The notes under the pieces: generated by a model
What the model saw: only the letters and a program-made list of their open reading frames with translations
Database searches by the model: none
What the model was told of the DNA's origin: nothing
Shown here: positions 44,428 through 59,308 of the stretch, piece by piece
Layout: every line of letters begins with the position of its first letter
Position numbering within the stretch: position 1 is the stretch's first letter
Translations under genes and position numbers: made by a program
Source: Flectonema sp. DT1601
Taxonomy: Eukaryota
DNA length: 64,000 bases
Direction of reading: 5' to 3'
Assembly: GCA_964019425.1 (NCBI GenBank)
Contig: OZ025805.1
Location: 682,001-746,000 of the forward strand

Positions 44428-47400
44428 CTCTGCCTCTCTCTTAATTCTGTTCGTTTCTTTGAAACGAAAATTCATTTGAATATTATTACTTGGTCAGCAA
44501 CCATCATTGTCGCCCTTTGGGCCTGTTAAAAAAAATAAAAAATAAAAAGAAAGTTTACATCGGGAATAGGGCAGGAGCCAAAAGCTCCCAGTCCGTTACT
44601 TCCCACTTTATCGAAATTCACCGTGTGTGGAACTGGCAGGTTTTTAAAAAATTTGCGTGGAGTTGGCAAGTTTTTTGAAAGTTTACGTGTGGAGCTGGCA
44701 GGTTTTTAAAAAATTTGCATGGAGTTGGCAGGTTTTTTGAAACTTTGTGTGTGGGCCGACGAATTTTGCAAACTTTGCGTGTGGAGCTGGCAGGTTTTTA
44801 AAAATTTGCGTGGAGTTGTCAGGTTTTTTGAAACTTTGCGTGTGGGCTGACGAATGTTGCAAACTTTGCGTGTGGAGCTGGCACGTTTTTAAAAATTTGC
44901 GTGGAGTTGGCAGGTTTTTTGAAACTTTGTGTGGGCCGACGAATTTTGCAAACTTTGCGTGTGGAGCTGGCAGGTTTTTAAAAATTTGCGTGGAGTTGTC
45001 AGGTTTTTTGAAACTTTGCGTGTGGGCTGACGAATGTTGCAAACTTTGCGTGTGGAGCTGGCAAAATTTGCGTGGAATTGGCAAGTTTTTCGAAAGTTTG
45101 TGTGTGGAATTGGCAGGTTTTTAAAAAAATTGCGTGGAGTTGGCAGGTTTTTTAAAACTTTGTGTGGGCTGACGAATTTTGCAAACTTTGCGTGTAGATG
45201 GCAGGTTTTGCAAAATTTGCATGGAGTTGGCAGGTTTTTTGAAACTTTGTGTGTGGAACTGGCAGGTTTTTAAAAAAATTGCGTGGAGTTGACAGGTTTT
45301 TTGAAACTTTGTCTGTGGGCTGACGAATGTTGCAAACTTTGTGTGTGGAGCTGGCAGGTTTTTAAAAACTTTGCGTGTGGAGCTGGCAGGTTTTTAAAAA
45401 AATTGCGTGGAGTTGACAGGTTTTTTGAAACTTTGTGTGTGGGCTGACGAATTTTGCAAACTTTGCGTGTGGAGTTGGCAGGTTTTTTGAAACTTTGTGT
45501 GTGGAACTGGCAGGTTTTTAAAAAATTTGCGTGGAGTTGGCAAGTTTTTTGAAAGTTTGCGTGTGGAGCTGGCAGGTTTTTAAAAAAATTGTGTGTGGGC
45601 TGACGAATTTTGCAAACTTTGCGTGTGGAGCTGGCACGTTTTTAAAAAATTTGCGTGGAGTTGAGGTTTTTTGAAACTTTGCGTGTGGGCTGACGAATTT
45701 TGCAAACTTTGCGTGTGGAGCTGGCACGTTTTTAAAAAAATTGCGTGGAGTTGGCAGGTTTTTTGAAACTTTGTGTGTGGAGCTAGCAAGTTTTTAAAAA
45801 ATTTGCGTGGAATTGACAGGTTTTTTGAAACTTTGCGTGTGGGCTGACGAATTTTGCAAACTTTGCGTGTGGAGCTGGCAGGTTTTTAAAAAATTTGCGT
45901 GGAGTTGGCAGGTTTTTTGAAACTTTGTGTGTGGGCCGACGAATTTTGCAAACTTTGCGTGTGGAGCTGGCAGGTTTTCGAAAAAATTGCGTGGAGTTGG
46001 CAAGTTTTTTAAAACTTTGTGTGTGGGCTGACGAATTTTGCAAACTTTGCGTGTGGAGTTGGCAGGTTTTTTGATTTTTTTTTTTTTCATGTTTGATTAT
46101 TTCCTCTTCATATTTTTTTTTTTCCTTTCTTTTCTTTCTTTTTTTTTTTTTTTTTCTCTGCCTCTCTCTTAATTCTGTTCGTTTCTTTGAAACGAAAATT
46201 CATTTGAATATTATTACTTGGTCAGCAACCATCATTGTCGCCCTTTGGGCCTGTTAAAAAAAATAAAAAATAAAAAGAAAGTTTACATCGGGAATAGGGC
46301 AGGAGCCAAAAGCTCCCAGTCCGTTACTTCCCACTTTATCGAAATTCACCGTGTGTGGAACTGGCAGGTTTTTAAAAAATTTGCGTGGAGTTGGCAAGTT
46401 TTTTGAAAGTTTACGTGTGGAGCTGGCAGGTTTTTAAAAAATTTGCATGGAGTTGGCAGGTTTTTTGAAACTTTGTGTGTGGGCCGACGAATTTTGCAAA
46501 CTTTGCGTGTGGAGCTGGCAGGTTTTTAAAAATTTGCGTGGAGTTGTCAGGTTTTTTGAAACTTTGCGTGTGGGCTGACGAATGTTGCAAACTTTGCGTG
46601 TGGAGCTGGCAAAATTTGCGTGGAATTGGCAAGTTTTTCGAAAGTTTGTGTGTGGAATTGGCAGGTTTTTAAAAAAATTGCGTGGAGTTGGCAGGTTTTT
46701 TAAAACTTTGTGTGGGCTGACGAATTTTGCAAACTTTGCGTGTAGATGGCAGGTTTTGCAAAATTTGCATGGAGTTGGCAGGTTTTTTGAAACTTTGTGT
46801 GTGGAACTGGCAGGTTTTTAAAAAATTTGCGTTGAGTTGACAGGTTTTTTGAAACTTTGTGTGTGGGCTGACGAATGTTGCAAACTTTGTGTGTGGAGCT
46901 GGCAGGTTTTTAAAAACTTTGCGTGTGGAGCTGGCAGGTTTTTAAAAAAATTGCGTGGAGTTGACAGGTTTTTTGAAACTTTGTGTGTGGGCTGACGAAT
47001 TTTGCAAACTTTGCGTGTGGAGTTGGCAGGTTTTTTGAAACTTTGTGTGTGGAACTGGCAGGTTTTTAAAAAATTTGCGTGGAGTTGGCAAGTTTTTTGA
47101 AAGTTTGCGTGTGGAGCTGGCAGGTTTTTAAAAAAATTGTGTGTGGGCTGACGAATTTTGCAAACTTTGTGTGTGGAGCTGGCACGTTTTTAAAAAATTT
47201 GCGTGGAGTTGAGGTTTTTTGAAACTTTGCGTGTGGGCTGACGAATTTTGCAAACTTTGCGTGTGGAGCTGGCACGTTTTTAAAAAAATTGCGTGGAGTT
47301 GGCAGGTTTTTTGAAACTTTGTGTGTGGAGCTAGCAAGTTTTTAAAAAATTTGCGTGGAATTGACAGGTTTTTTGAAACTTTGCGTGTGGGCTGACGAAT

Positions 47401-47672
47401 TTTGCAAACTTTGCGTGTGGAGCTGGCAGGTTTTTAAAAAATTTGCGTGGAGTTGGCAGGTTTTTTGAAACTTTGTGTGTGGGCCGACGAATTTTGCAAA
47501 CTTTGCGTGTGGAGCTGGCAGGTTTTCGAAAAAATTGCGTGGAGTTGGCAAGTTTTTTAAAACTTTGTGTGTGGGCTGACGAATTTTGCAAACTTTGCGT
47601 GTGGAGTTGGCAGGTTTTTTGATTTTTTTTTTTTTCATGTTTGATTATTTCCTCTTCATATTTTTTTTTTTC

Positions 47673-47704
<32 letters not shown>

Positions 47705-49819
47705 CTCTGCCTCTCTCTTAATTCTGTTCGTTTCTTTGAAACGAAAATTCATTTGAATATTATTACTTGGTCAGCAACCATCATTGTCGCTCTTTGGGCC
47801 TGTTAAAAAAAATAAAAAATAAAAAGAAAGTTTACATCGGGAATAGGGCAGGAGCCAAAAGCTCCCAGTCCGTTACTTCCCACTTTATCGAAATTCACCG
47901 TGTGTGGAACTGGCAGGTTTTTAAAAAATTTGCGTGGAGTTGGCAAGTTTTTTGAAAGTTTACGTGTGGAGCTGGCAGGTTTTTAAAAAATTTGCATGGA
48001 GTTGGCAGGTTTTTTGAAACTTTGTGTGTGGGCCGACGAATTTTGCAAACTTTGCGTGTGGAGCTGGCAGGTTTTTAAAAATTTGCGTGGAGTTGTCAGG
48101 TTTTTTGAAACTTTGCGTGTGGGCTGACGAATGTTGCAAACTTTGCGTGTGGAGCTGGCAAAATTTGCGTGGAATTGGCAAGTTTTTCGAAAGTTTGTGT
48201 GTGGAATTGGCAGGTTTTTAAAAAAATTGCGTGGAGTTGGCAGGTTTTTTAAAACTTTGTGTGGGCTGACGAATTTTGCAAACTTTGCGTGTAGATGGCA
48301 GGTTTTGCAAAATTTGCATGGAGTTGGCAGGTTTTTTGAAACTTTGTGTGTGGAACTGGCAGGTTTTTAAAAAATTTGCGTTGAGTTGACAGGTTTTTTG
48401 AAACTTTGTGTGTGGGCTGACGAATGTTGCAAACTTTGCGTGTGGAGCTGGCAGGTTTTTAAAAACTTTGCGTGTGGAGCTGGCAGGTTTTTAAAAATTT
48501 GCGTGGAGTTGTCAGGTTTTTTGAAACTTTGCGTGTGGGCTGACGAATGTTGCAAACTTTGCGTGTGGAGCTGGCACGTTTTTAAAAATTTGCGTGGAGT
48601 TGGCAGGTTTTTTGAAACTTTGTGTGGGCCGACGAATTTTGCAAACTTTGCGTGTGGAGCTGGCAGGTTTTTAAAAATTTGCGTGGAGTTGTCAGGTTTT
48701 TTGAAACTTTGCGTGTGGGCTGACGAATGTTGCAAACTTTGCGTGTGGAGCTGGCAAAATTTGCGTGGAATTGGCAAGTTTTTCGAAAGTTTGTGTGTGG
48801 AATTGGCAGGTTTTTAAAAAAATTGCGTGGAGTTGGCAGGTTTTTTAAAACTTTGTGTGGGCTGACGAATTTTGCAAACTTTGCGTGTGGAGCTGGCAGG
48901 TTTTGCAAAATTTGCATGGAGTTGGCAGGTTTTTTGAAACTTTGTGTGTGGAACTGGCAGGTTTTTAAAAAATTTGCGTTGAGTTGACAGGTTTTTTGAA
49001 ACTTTGTGTGTGGGCTGACGAATGTTGCAAACTTTGTGTGTGGAGCTGGCAGGTTTTTAAAAACTTTGCGTGTGGAGCTGGCAGGTTTTTAAAAAAATTG
49101 CGTGGAGTTGACAGGTTTTTTGAAACTTTGTGTGTGGGCTGACGAATTTTGCAAACTTTGCGTGTGGAGTTGGCAGGTTTTTTGAAACTTTGTGTGTGGA
49201 ACTGGCAGGTTTTTAAAAAATTTGCGTGGAGTTGGCAAGTTTTTTGAAAGTTTGCGTGTGGAGCTGGCAGGTTTTTAAAAAAATTGTGTGTGGGCTGACG
49301 AATTTTGCAAACTTTGCGTGTGGAGCTGGCACGTTTTTAAAAAATTTGCGTGGAGTTGAGGTTTTTTGAAACTTTGCGTGTGGGCTGACGAATTTTGCAA
49401 ACTTTGCGTGTGGAGCTGGCACGTTTTTAAAAAAATTGCGTGGAGTTGGCAGGTTTTTTGAAACTTTGTGTGTGGAGCTAGCAAGTTTTTAAAAAATTTG
49501 CGTGGAATTGACAGGTTTTTTGAAACTTTGCGTGTGGGCTGACGAATTTTGCAAACTTTGCGTGTGGAGCTGGCAGGTTTTTAAAAAATTTGCGTGGAGT
49601 TGGCAGGTTTTTTGAAACTTTGTGTGTGGGCCGACGAATTTTGCAAACTTTGCGTGTGGAGCTGGCAGGTTTTCGAAAAAATTGCGTGGAGTTGGCAAGT
49701 TTTTTAAAACTTTGTGTGTGGGCTGACGAATTTTGCAAACTTTGCGTGTGGAGTTGGCAGGTTTTTTGATTTTTTTTTTTTTCATGTTTGATTATTTCCT
49801 CTTCATATTTTTTTTTTTC

Positions 49820-49851
<32 letters not shown>

Positions 49852-51862
49852 CTCTGCCTCTCTCTTAATTCTGTTCGTTTCTTTGAAACGAAAATTCATT
49901 TGAATATTATTACTTGGTCAGCAACCATCATTGTCGCCCTTTGGGCCTGTTAAAAAAAATAAAAAATAAAAAGAAAGTTTACATCGGGAATAGGGCAGGA
50001 GCCAAAAGCTCCCAGTCCGTTACTTCCCACTTTATCGAAATTCACCGTGTGTGGAACTGGCAGGTTTTTAAAAAATTTGCGTGGAGTTGGCAAGTTTTTT
50101 GAAAGTTTACGTGTGGAGCTGGCAGGTTTTTAAAAAATTTGCATGGAGTTGGCAGGTTTTTTGAAACTTTGTGTGTGGGCCGACGAATTTTGCAAACTTT
50201 GCGTGTGGAGCTGGCAGGTTTTTAAAAATTTGCGTGGAGTTGTCAGGTTTTTTGAAACTTTGCGTGTGGGCTGACGAATGTTGCAAACTTTGCGTGTGGA
50301 GCTGGCAAAATTTGCGTGGAATTGGCAAGTTTTTCGAAAGTTTGTGTGTGGAATTGGCAGGTTTTTAAAAAAATTGCGTGGAGTTGGCAGGTTTTTTAAA
50401 ACTTTGTGTGGGCTGACGAATTTTGCAAACTTTGCGTGTAGATGGCAGGTTTTGCAAAATTTGCATGGAGTTGGCAGGTTTTTTGAAACTTTGTGTGTGG
50501 AACTGGCAGGTTTTTAAAAAATTTGCGTTGAGTTGACAGGTTTTTTGAAACTTTGTGTGTGGGCTGACGAATGTTGCAAACTTTGTGTGTGGAACTGGCA
50601 GGTTTTTAAAAACTTTGCGTGTGGAGCTGGCAGGTTTTTAAAAAAATTGCGTGGAGTTGACAGGTTTTTTGAAACTTTGTGTGTGGGCTGACGAATTTTG
50701 CAAACTTTGCGTGTGGAGTTGGCAGGTTTTTTGAAACTTTGTGTGTGGAACTGGCAGGTTTTTAAAAAATTTGCGTGGAGTTGGCAAGTTTTTTGAAAGT
50801 TTGCGTGTGGAGCTGGCAGGTTTTTAAAAAAATTGTGTGTGGGCTGACGAATTTTGCAAACTTTGTGTGTGGAGCTGGCACGTTTTTAAAAAATTTGCGT
50901 GGAGTTGAGGTTTTTTGAAACTTTGCGTGTGGGCTGACGAATTTTGCAAACTTTGCGTGTGGAGCTGGCACGTTTTTAAAAAAATTGCGTGGAGTTGGCA
51001 GGTTTTTTGAAACTTTGTGTGTGGAGCTAGCAAGTTTTTAAAAAATTTGCGTGGAATTGACAGGTTTTTTGAAACTTTGCGTGTGGGCTGACGAATTTTG
51101 CAAACTTTGCGTGTGGAGCTGGCAGGTTTTTAAAAATTTTGCGTGGAGTTGGCAGGTTTTTTGAAACTTTGTGTGTGGGCCGACGAATTTTGCAAACTTT
51201 GCGTGTGGAGCTGGCAGGTTTTCGAAAAAATTGCGTGGAGTTGGCAAGTTTTTTAAAACTTTGTGTGTGGGCTGACGAATTTTGCAAACTTTGCGTGTGG
51301 AGTTGGCAGGTTTTTTGAAACTTTGTGTGTGGAACTGGCAGGTTTTTAAAAAATTTGCGTGGAGTTGGCAAGTTTTTTGAAAGTTTGCGTGTGGAGCTGG
51401 CAGGTTTTTAAAAAAATTGTGTGTGGGCTGACGAATTTTGCAAACTTTGCGTGTGGAGCTGGCACGTTTTTAAAAAAATTGCGTGGAGTTGGCAGGTTTT
51501 TTGAAACTTTGTGTGTGGAGCTAGCAAGTTTTTAAAAAATTTGCGTGGAATTGACAGGTTTTTTGAAACTTTGCGTGTGGGCTGACGAATTTTGCAAACT
51601 TTGCGTGTGGAGCTGGCAGGTTTTTAAAAATTTTGCGTGGAGTTGGCAGGTTTTTTGAAACTTTGTGTGTGGGCCGACGAATTTTGCAAACTTTGCGTGT
51701 GGAGCTGGCAGGTTTTCGAAAAAATTGCGTGGAGTTGGCAAGTTTTTTAAAACTTTGTGTGTGGGCTGACGAATTTTGCAAACTTTGCGTGTGGAGTTGG
51801 CAGGTTTTTTGATTTTTTTTTTTTTCATGTTTGATTATTTCCTCTTCATATTTTTATTTTTC

Positions 51863-51894
<32 letters not shown>

Positions 51895-53652
51895 CTCTGC
51901 CTCTCTCTTAATTCTGTTCGTTTCTTTGAAACGAAAATTCATTTGAATATTATTACTTGGTCAGCAACCATCATTGTCGCCCTTTGGGCCTGTTAAAAAA
52001 AATAAAAAATAAAAAGAAAGTTTACATCGGGAATAGGGCAGGAGCCAAAAGCTCCCAGTCCGTTACTTCCCACTTTATCGAAATTCACCGTGTGTGGAAC
52101 TGGCAGGTTTTTAAAAAATTTGCGTGGAGTTGGCAAGTTTTTTGAAAGTTTACGTGTGGAGCTGGCAGGTTTTTAAAAAATTTGCATGGAGTTGGCAGGT
52201 TTTTTGAAACTTTGTGTGTGGGCCGACGAATTTTGCAAACTTTGCGTGTGGAGCTGGCAGGTTTTTAAAAATTTGCGTGGAGTTGTCAGGTTTTTTGAAA
52301 CTTTGCGTGTGGGCTGACGAATGTTGCAAACTTTGCGTGTGGAGCTGGCAAAATTTGCGTGGAATTGGCAAGTTTTTCGAAAGTTTGTGTGTGGAATTGG
52401 CAGGTTTTTAAAAAAATTGCGTGGAGTTGGCAGGTTTTTTAAAACTTTGTGTGGGCTGACGAATTTTGCAAACTTTGCGTGTAGATGGCAGGTTTTGCAA
52501 AATTTGCATGGAGTTGGCAGGTTTTTTGAAACTTTGTGTGTGGAACTGGCAGGTTTTTAAAAAATTTGCGTTGAGTTGACAGGTTTTTTGAAACTTTGTG
52601 TGTGGGCTGACGAATGTTGCAAACTTTGTGTGTGGAGCTGGCAGGTTTTTAAAAAAATTGCGTGGAGTTGGCAGGTTTTTTAAAACTTTGTGTGGGCTGA
52701 CGAATTTTGCAAACTTTGCGTGTAGATGGCAGGTTTTGCAAAATTTGCATGGAGTTGGCAGGTTTTTTGAAACTTTGTGTGTGGAACTGGCAGGTTTTTA
52801 AAAAATTTGCGTTGAGTTGACAGGTTTTTTGAAACTTTGTGTGTGGGCTGACGAATGTTGCAAACTTTGTGTGTGGAGCTGGCAGGTTTTTAAAAACTTT
52901 GCGTGTGGAGCTGGCAGGTTTTTAAAAAAATTGCGTGGAGTTGACAGGTTTTTTGAAACTTTGTGTGTGGGCTGACGAATTTTGCAAACTTTGCGTGTGG
53001 AGTTGGCAGGTTTTTTGAAACTTTGTGTGTGGAACTGGCAGGTTTTTAAAAAATTTGCGTGGAGTTGGCAAGTTTTTTGAAAGTTTGCGTGTGGAGCTGG
53101 CAGGTTTTTAAAAAAATTGTGTGTGGGCTGACGAATTTTGCAAACTTTGCGTGTGGAGCTGGCACGTTTTTAAAAAATTTGCGTGGAGTTGAGGTTTTTT
53201 GAAACTTTGCGTGTGGGCTGACGAATTTTGCAAACTTTGCGTGTGGAGCTGGCACGTTTTTAAAAAAATTGCGTGGAGTTGGCAGGTTTTTTGAAACTTT
53301 GTGTGTGGAGCTAGCAAGTTTTTAAAAAATTTGCGTGGAATTGACAGGTTTTTTGAAACTTTGCGTGTGGGCTGACGAATTTTGCAAACTTTGCGTGTGG
53401 AGCTGGCAGGTTTTTAAAAATTTTGCGTGGAGTTGGCAGGTTTTTTGAAACTTTGTGTGTGGGCCGACGAATTTTGCAAACTTTGCGTGTGGAGCTGGCA
53501 GGTTTTCGAAAAAATTGCGTGGAGTTGGCAAGTTTTTTAAAACTTTGTGTGTGGGCTGACGAATTTTGCAAACTTTGCGTGTGGAGTTGGCAGGTTTTTT
53601 GATTTTTTTTTTTTTCATGTTTGATTATTTCCTCTTCATATTTTTATTTTTC

Positions 53653-53684
<32 letters not shown>

Positions 53685-55201
53685 CTCTGCCTCTCTCTTA
53701 ATTCTGTTCGTTTCTTTGAAACGAAAATTCATTTGAATATTATTACTTGGTCAGCAACCATCATTGTCGCCCTTTGGGCCTGTTAAAAAAAATAAAAAAT
53801 AAAAAGAAAGTTTACATCGGGAATAGGGCAGGAGCCAAAAGCTCCCAGTCCGTTACTTCCCACTTTATCGAAATTCACCGTGTGTGGAACTGGCAGGTTT
53901 TTAAAAAATTTGCGTGGAGTTGGCAAGTTTTTTGAAAGTTTACGTGTGGAGCTGGCAGGTTTTTAAAAAATTTGCATGGAGTTGGCAGGTTTTTTGAAAC
54001 TTTGTGTGTGGGCCGACGAATTTTGCAAACTTTGCGTGTGGAGCTGGCAGGTTTTTAAAAATTTGCGTGGAGTTGTCAGGTTTTTTGAAACTTTGCGTGT
54101 GGGCTGACGAATGTTGCAAACTTTGCGTGTGGAGCTGGCAAAATTTGCGTGGAATTGGCAAGTTTTTCGAAAGTTTGTGTGTGGAATTGGCAGGTTTTTA
54201 AAAAAATTGCGTGGAGTTGGCAGGTTTTTTAAAACTTTGTGTGGGCTGACGAATTTTGCAAACTTTGCGTGTAGATGGCAGGTTTTGCAAAATTTGCATG
54301 GAGTTGGCAGGTTTTTTGAAACTTTGTGTGTGGAACTGGCAGGTTTTTAAAAAATTTGCGTTGAGTTGACAGGTTTTTTGAAACTTTGTGTGTGGGCTGA
54401 CGAATGTTGCAAACTTTGTGTGTGGAGCTGGCAGGTTTTTAAAAACTTTGCGTGTGGAGCTGGCAGGTTTTTAAAAAAATTGCGTGGAGTTGACAGGTTT
54501 TTTGAAACTTTGTGTGTGGGCTGACGAATTTTGCAAACTTTGCGTGTGGAGTTGGCAGGTTTTTTGAAACTTTGTGTGTGGAACTGGCAGGTTTTTAAAA
54601 AATTTGCGTGGAGTTGGCAAGTTTTTTGAAAGTTTGCGTGTGGAGCTGGCAGGTTTTTAAAAAAATTGTGTGTGGGCTGACGAATTTTGCAAACTTTGCG
54701 TGTGGAGCTGGCACGTTTTTAAAAAATTTGCGTGGAGTTGAGGTTTTTTGAAACTTTGCGTGTGGGCTGACGAATTTTGCAAACTTTGCGTGTGGAGCTG
54801 GCACGTTTTTAAAAAAATTGCGTGGAGTTGGCAGGTTTTTTGAAACTTTGTGTGTGGAGCTAGCAAGTTTTTAAAAAATTTGCGTGGAATTGACAGGTTT
54901 TTTGAAACTTTGCGTGTGGGCTGACGAATTTTGCAAACTTTGCGTGTGGAGCTGGCAGGTTTTTAAAAATTTTGCGTGGAGTTGGCAGGTTTTTTGAAAC
55001 TTTGTGTGTGGGCCGACGAATTTTGCAAACTTTGCGTGTGGAGCTGGCAGGTTTTCGAAAAAATTGCGTGGAGTTGGCAAGTTTTTTAAAACTTTGTGTG
55101 TGGGCTGACGAATTTTGCAAACTTTGCGTGTGGAGTTGGCAGGTTTTTTGATTTTTTTTTTTTTCATGTTTGATTATTTCCTCTTCATATTTTTTTTTTT
55201 C

Positions 55202-55233
<32 letters not shown>

Positions 55234-57727
55234 CTCTGCCTCTCTCTTAATTCTGTTCGTTTCTTTGAAACGAAAATTCATTTGAATATTATTACTTGGT
55301 CAGCAACCATCATTGTCGCCCTTTGGGCCTGTTAAAAAAAATAAAAAATAAAAAGAAAGTTTACATCGGGAATAGGGCAGGAGCCAAAAGCTCCCAGTCC
55401 GTTACTTCCCACTTTATCGAAATTCACCGTGTGTGGAACTGGCAGGTTTTTAAAAAATTTGCGTGGAGTTGGCAAGTTTTTTGAAAGTTTACGTGTGGAG
55501 CTGGCAGGTTTTTAAAAAATTGCGTGGAGTTGACAGGTTTTTTGAAACTTTGTGTGTGGGCTGACGAATTTTGCAAACTTTGCGTGTGGAGTTGGCAGGT
55601 TTTTTGAAACTTTGTGTGTGGAACTGGCAGGTTTTTAAAAAATTTGCGTGGAGTTGGCAAGTTTTTTGAAAGTTTGCGTGTGGAGCTGGCAGGTTTTTAA
55701 AAAAATTGTGTGTGGGCTGACGAATTTTGCAAACTTTGCGTGTGGAGCTGGCACGTTTTTAAAAAATTTGCGTGGAGTTGAGGTTTTTTGAAACTTTGCG
55801 TGTGGGCTGACGAATTTTGCAAACTTTGCGTGTGGAGCTGGCACGTTTTTAAAAAAATTGCGTGGAGTTGGCAGGTTTTTTGAAACTTTGTGTGTGGAGC
55901 TAGCAAGTTTTTAAAAAATTTGCGTGGAATTGACAGGTTTTTTGAAACTTTGCGTGTGGGCTGACGAATTTTGCAAACTTTGCGTGTGGAGCTGGCAGGT
56001 TTTTAAAAAATTTGCGTGGAGTTGGCAGGTTTTTTGAAACTTTGTGTGTGGGCCGACGAATTTTGCAAACTTTGCGTGTGGAGCTGGCAGGTTTTCGAAA
56101 AAATTGCGTGGAGTTGGCAAGTTTTTTAAAACTTTGTGTGTGGGCTGACGAATTTTGCAAACTTTGCGTGTGGAGTTGGCAGGTTTTTTGATTTTTTTTT
56201 TTTTCATGTTTGATTATTTCCTCTTAATTCTGTTCGTTTCTTTGAAACGAAAATTCATTTGAATATTATTACTTGGTCAGCAACCATCATTGTCGCCCTT
56301 TGGGCCTGTTAAAAAAAATAAAAAATAAAAAGAAAGTTTACATCGGGAATAGGGCAGGAGCCAAAAGCTCCCAGTCCGTTACTTCCCACTTTATCGAAAT
56401 TCACCGTGTGTGGAACTGGCAGGTTTTTAAAAAATTTGCGTGGAGTTGGCAAGTTTTTTGAAAGTTTACGTGTGGAGCTGGCAGGTTTTTAAAAAATTTG
56501 CATGGAGTTGGCAGGTTTTTTGAAACTTTGTGTGTGGGCCGACGAATTTTGCAAACTTTGCGTGTGGAGCTGGCAGGTTTTTAAAAATTTGCGTGGAGTT
56601 GTCAGGTTTTTTGAAACTTTGCGTGTGGGCTGACGAATGTTGCAAACTTTGCGTGTGGAGCTGGCAAAATTTGCGTGGAATTGGCAAGTTTTTCGAAAGT
56701 TTGTGTGTGGAATTGGCAGGTTTTTAAAAAAATTGCGTGGAGTTGGCAGGTTTTTTAAAACTTTGTGTGGGCTGACGAATTTTGCAAACTTTGCGTGTAG
56801 ATGGCAGGTTTTGCAAAATTTGCATGGAGTTGGCAGGTTTTTTGAAACTTTGTGTGTGGAACTGGCAGGTTTTTAAAAAATTTGCGTTGAGTTGACAGGT
56901 TTTTTGAAACTTTGTGTGTGGGCTGACGAATGTTGCAAACTTTGTGTGTGGAGCTGGCAGGTTTTTAAAAACTTTGCGTGTGGAGCTGGCAGGTTTTTAA
57001 AAAAATTGCGTGGAGTTGACAGGTTTTTTGAAACTTTGTGTGTGGGCTGACGAATTTTGCAAACTTTGCGTGTGGAGTTGGCAGGTTTTTTGAAACTTTG
57101 TGTGTGGAACTGGCAGGTTTTTAAAAAATTTGCGTGGAGTTGGCAAGTTTTTTGAAAGTTTGCGTGTGGAGCTGGCAGGTTTTTAAAAAAATTGTGTGTG
57201 GGCTGACGAATTTTGCAAACTTTGCGTGTGGAGCTGGCACGTTTTTAAAAAATTTGCGTGGAGTTGAGGTTTTTTGAAACTTTGCGTGTGGGCTGACGAA
57301 TTTTGCAAACTTTGCGTGTGGAGCTGGCACGTTTTTAAAAAAATTGCGTGGAGTTGGCAGGTTTTTTGAAACTTTGTGTGTGGAGCTAGCAAGTTTTTAA
57401 AAAATTTGCGTGGAATTGACAGGTTTTTTGAAACTTTGCGTGTGGGCTGACGAATTTTGCAAACTTTGCGTGTGGAGCTGGCAGGTTTTTAAAAATTTTG
57501 CGTGGAGTTGGCAGGTTTTTTGAAACTTTGTGTGTGGGCCGACGAATTTTGCAAACTTTGCGTGTGGAGCTGGCAGGTTTTCGAAAAAATTGCGTGGAGT
57601 TGGCAAGTTTTTTAAAACTTTGTGTGTGGGCTGACGAATTTTGCAAACTTTGCGTGTGGAGTTGGCAGGTTTTTTGATTTTTTTTTTTTTCATGTTTGAT
57701 TATTTCCTCTTCATATTTTTATTTTTC

Positions 57728-57759
<32 letters not shown>

Positions 57760-59276
57760 CTCTGCCTCTCTCTTAATTCTGTTCGTTTCTTTGAAACGAA
57801 AATTCATTTGAATATTATTACTTGGTCAGCAACCATCATTGTCGCCCTTTGGGCCTGTTAAAAAAAATAAAAAATAAAAAGAAAGTTTACATCGGGAATA
57901 GGGCAGGAGCCAAAAGCTCCCAGTCCGTTACTTCCCACTTTATCGAAATTCACCGTGTGTGGAACTGGCAGGTTTTTAAAAAATTTGCGTGGAGTTGGCA
58001 AGTTTTTTGAAAGTTTACGTGTGGAGCTGGCAGGTTTTTAAAAAATTTGCATGGAGTTGGCAGGTTTTTTGAAACTTTGTGTGTGGGCCGACGAATTTTG
58101 CAAACTTTGCGTGTGGAGCTGGCAGGTTTTTAAAAATTTGCGTGGAGTTGTCAGGTTTTTTGAAACTTTGCGTGTGGGCTGACGAATGTTGCAAACTTTG
58201 CGTGTGGAGCTGGCAAAATTTGCGTGGAATTGGCAAGTTTTTCGAAAGTTTGTGTGTGGAATTGGCAGGTTTTTAAAAAAATTGCGTGGAGTTGGCAGGT
58301 TTTTTAAAACTTTGTGTGGGCTGACGAATTTTGCAAACTTTGCGTGTAGATGGCAGGTTTTGCAAAATTTGCATGGAGTTGGCAGGTTTTTTGAAACTTT
58401 GTGTGTGGAACTGGCAGGTTTTTAAAAAATTTGCGTTGAGTTGACAGGTTTTTTGAAACTTTGTGTGTGGGCTGACGAATGTTGCAAACTTTGTGTGTGG
58501 AGCTGGCAGGTTTTTAAAAACTTTGCGTGTGGAGCTGGCAGGTTTTTAAAAAAATTGCGTGGAGTTGACAGGTTTTTTGAAACTTTGTGTGTGGGCTGAC
58601 GAATTTTGCAAACTTTGCGTGTGGAGTTGGCAGGTTTTTTGAAACTTTGTGTGTGGAACTGGCAGGTTTTTAAAAAATTTGCGTGGAGTTGGCAAGTTTT
58701 TTGAAAGTTTGCGTGTGGAGCTGGCAGGTTTTTAAAAAAATTGTGTGTGGGCTGACGAATTTTGCAAACTTTGCGTGTGGAGCTGGCACGTTTTTAAAAA
58801 ATTTGCGTGGAGTTGAGGTTTTTTGAAACTTTGCGTGTGGGCTGACGAATTTTGCAAACTTTGCGTGTGGAGCTGGCACGTTTTTAAAAAAATTGCGTGG
58901 AGTTGGCAGGTTTTTTGAAACTTTGTGTGTGGAGCTAGCAAGTTTTTAAAAAATTTGCGTGGAATTGACAGGTTTTTTGAAACTTTGCGTGTGGGCTGAC
59001 GAATTTTGCAAACTTTGCGTGTGGAGCTGGCAGGTTTTTAAAAATTTTGCGTGGAGTTGGCAGGTTTTTTGAAACTTTGTGTGTGGGCCGACGAATTTTG
59101 CAAACTTTGCGTGTGGAGCTGGCAGGTTTTCGAAAAAATTGCGTGGAGTTGGCAAGTTTTTTAAAACTTTGTGTGTGGGCTGACGAATTTTGCAAACTTT
59201 GCGTGTGGAGTTGGCAGGTTTTTTGATTTTTTTTTTTTTCATGTTTGATTATTTCCTCTTCATATTTTTTTTTTTC

Positions 59277-59308
<32 letters not shown>
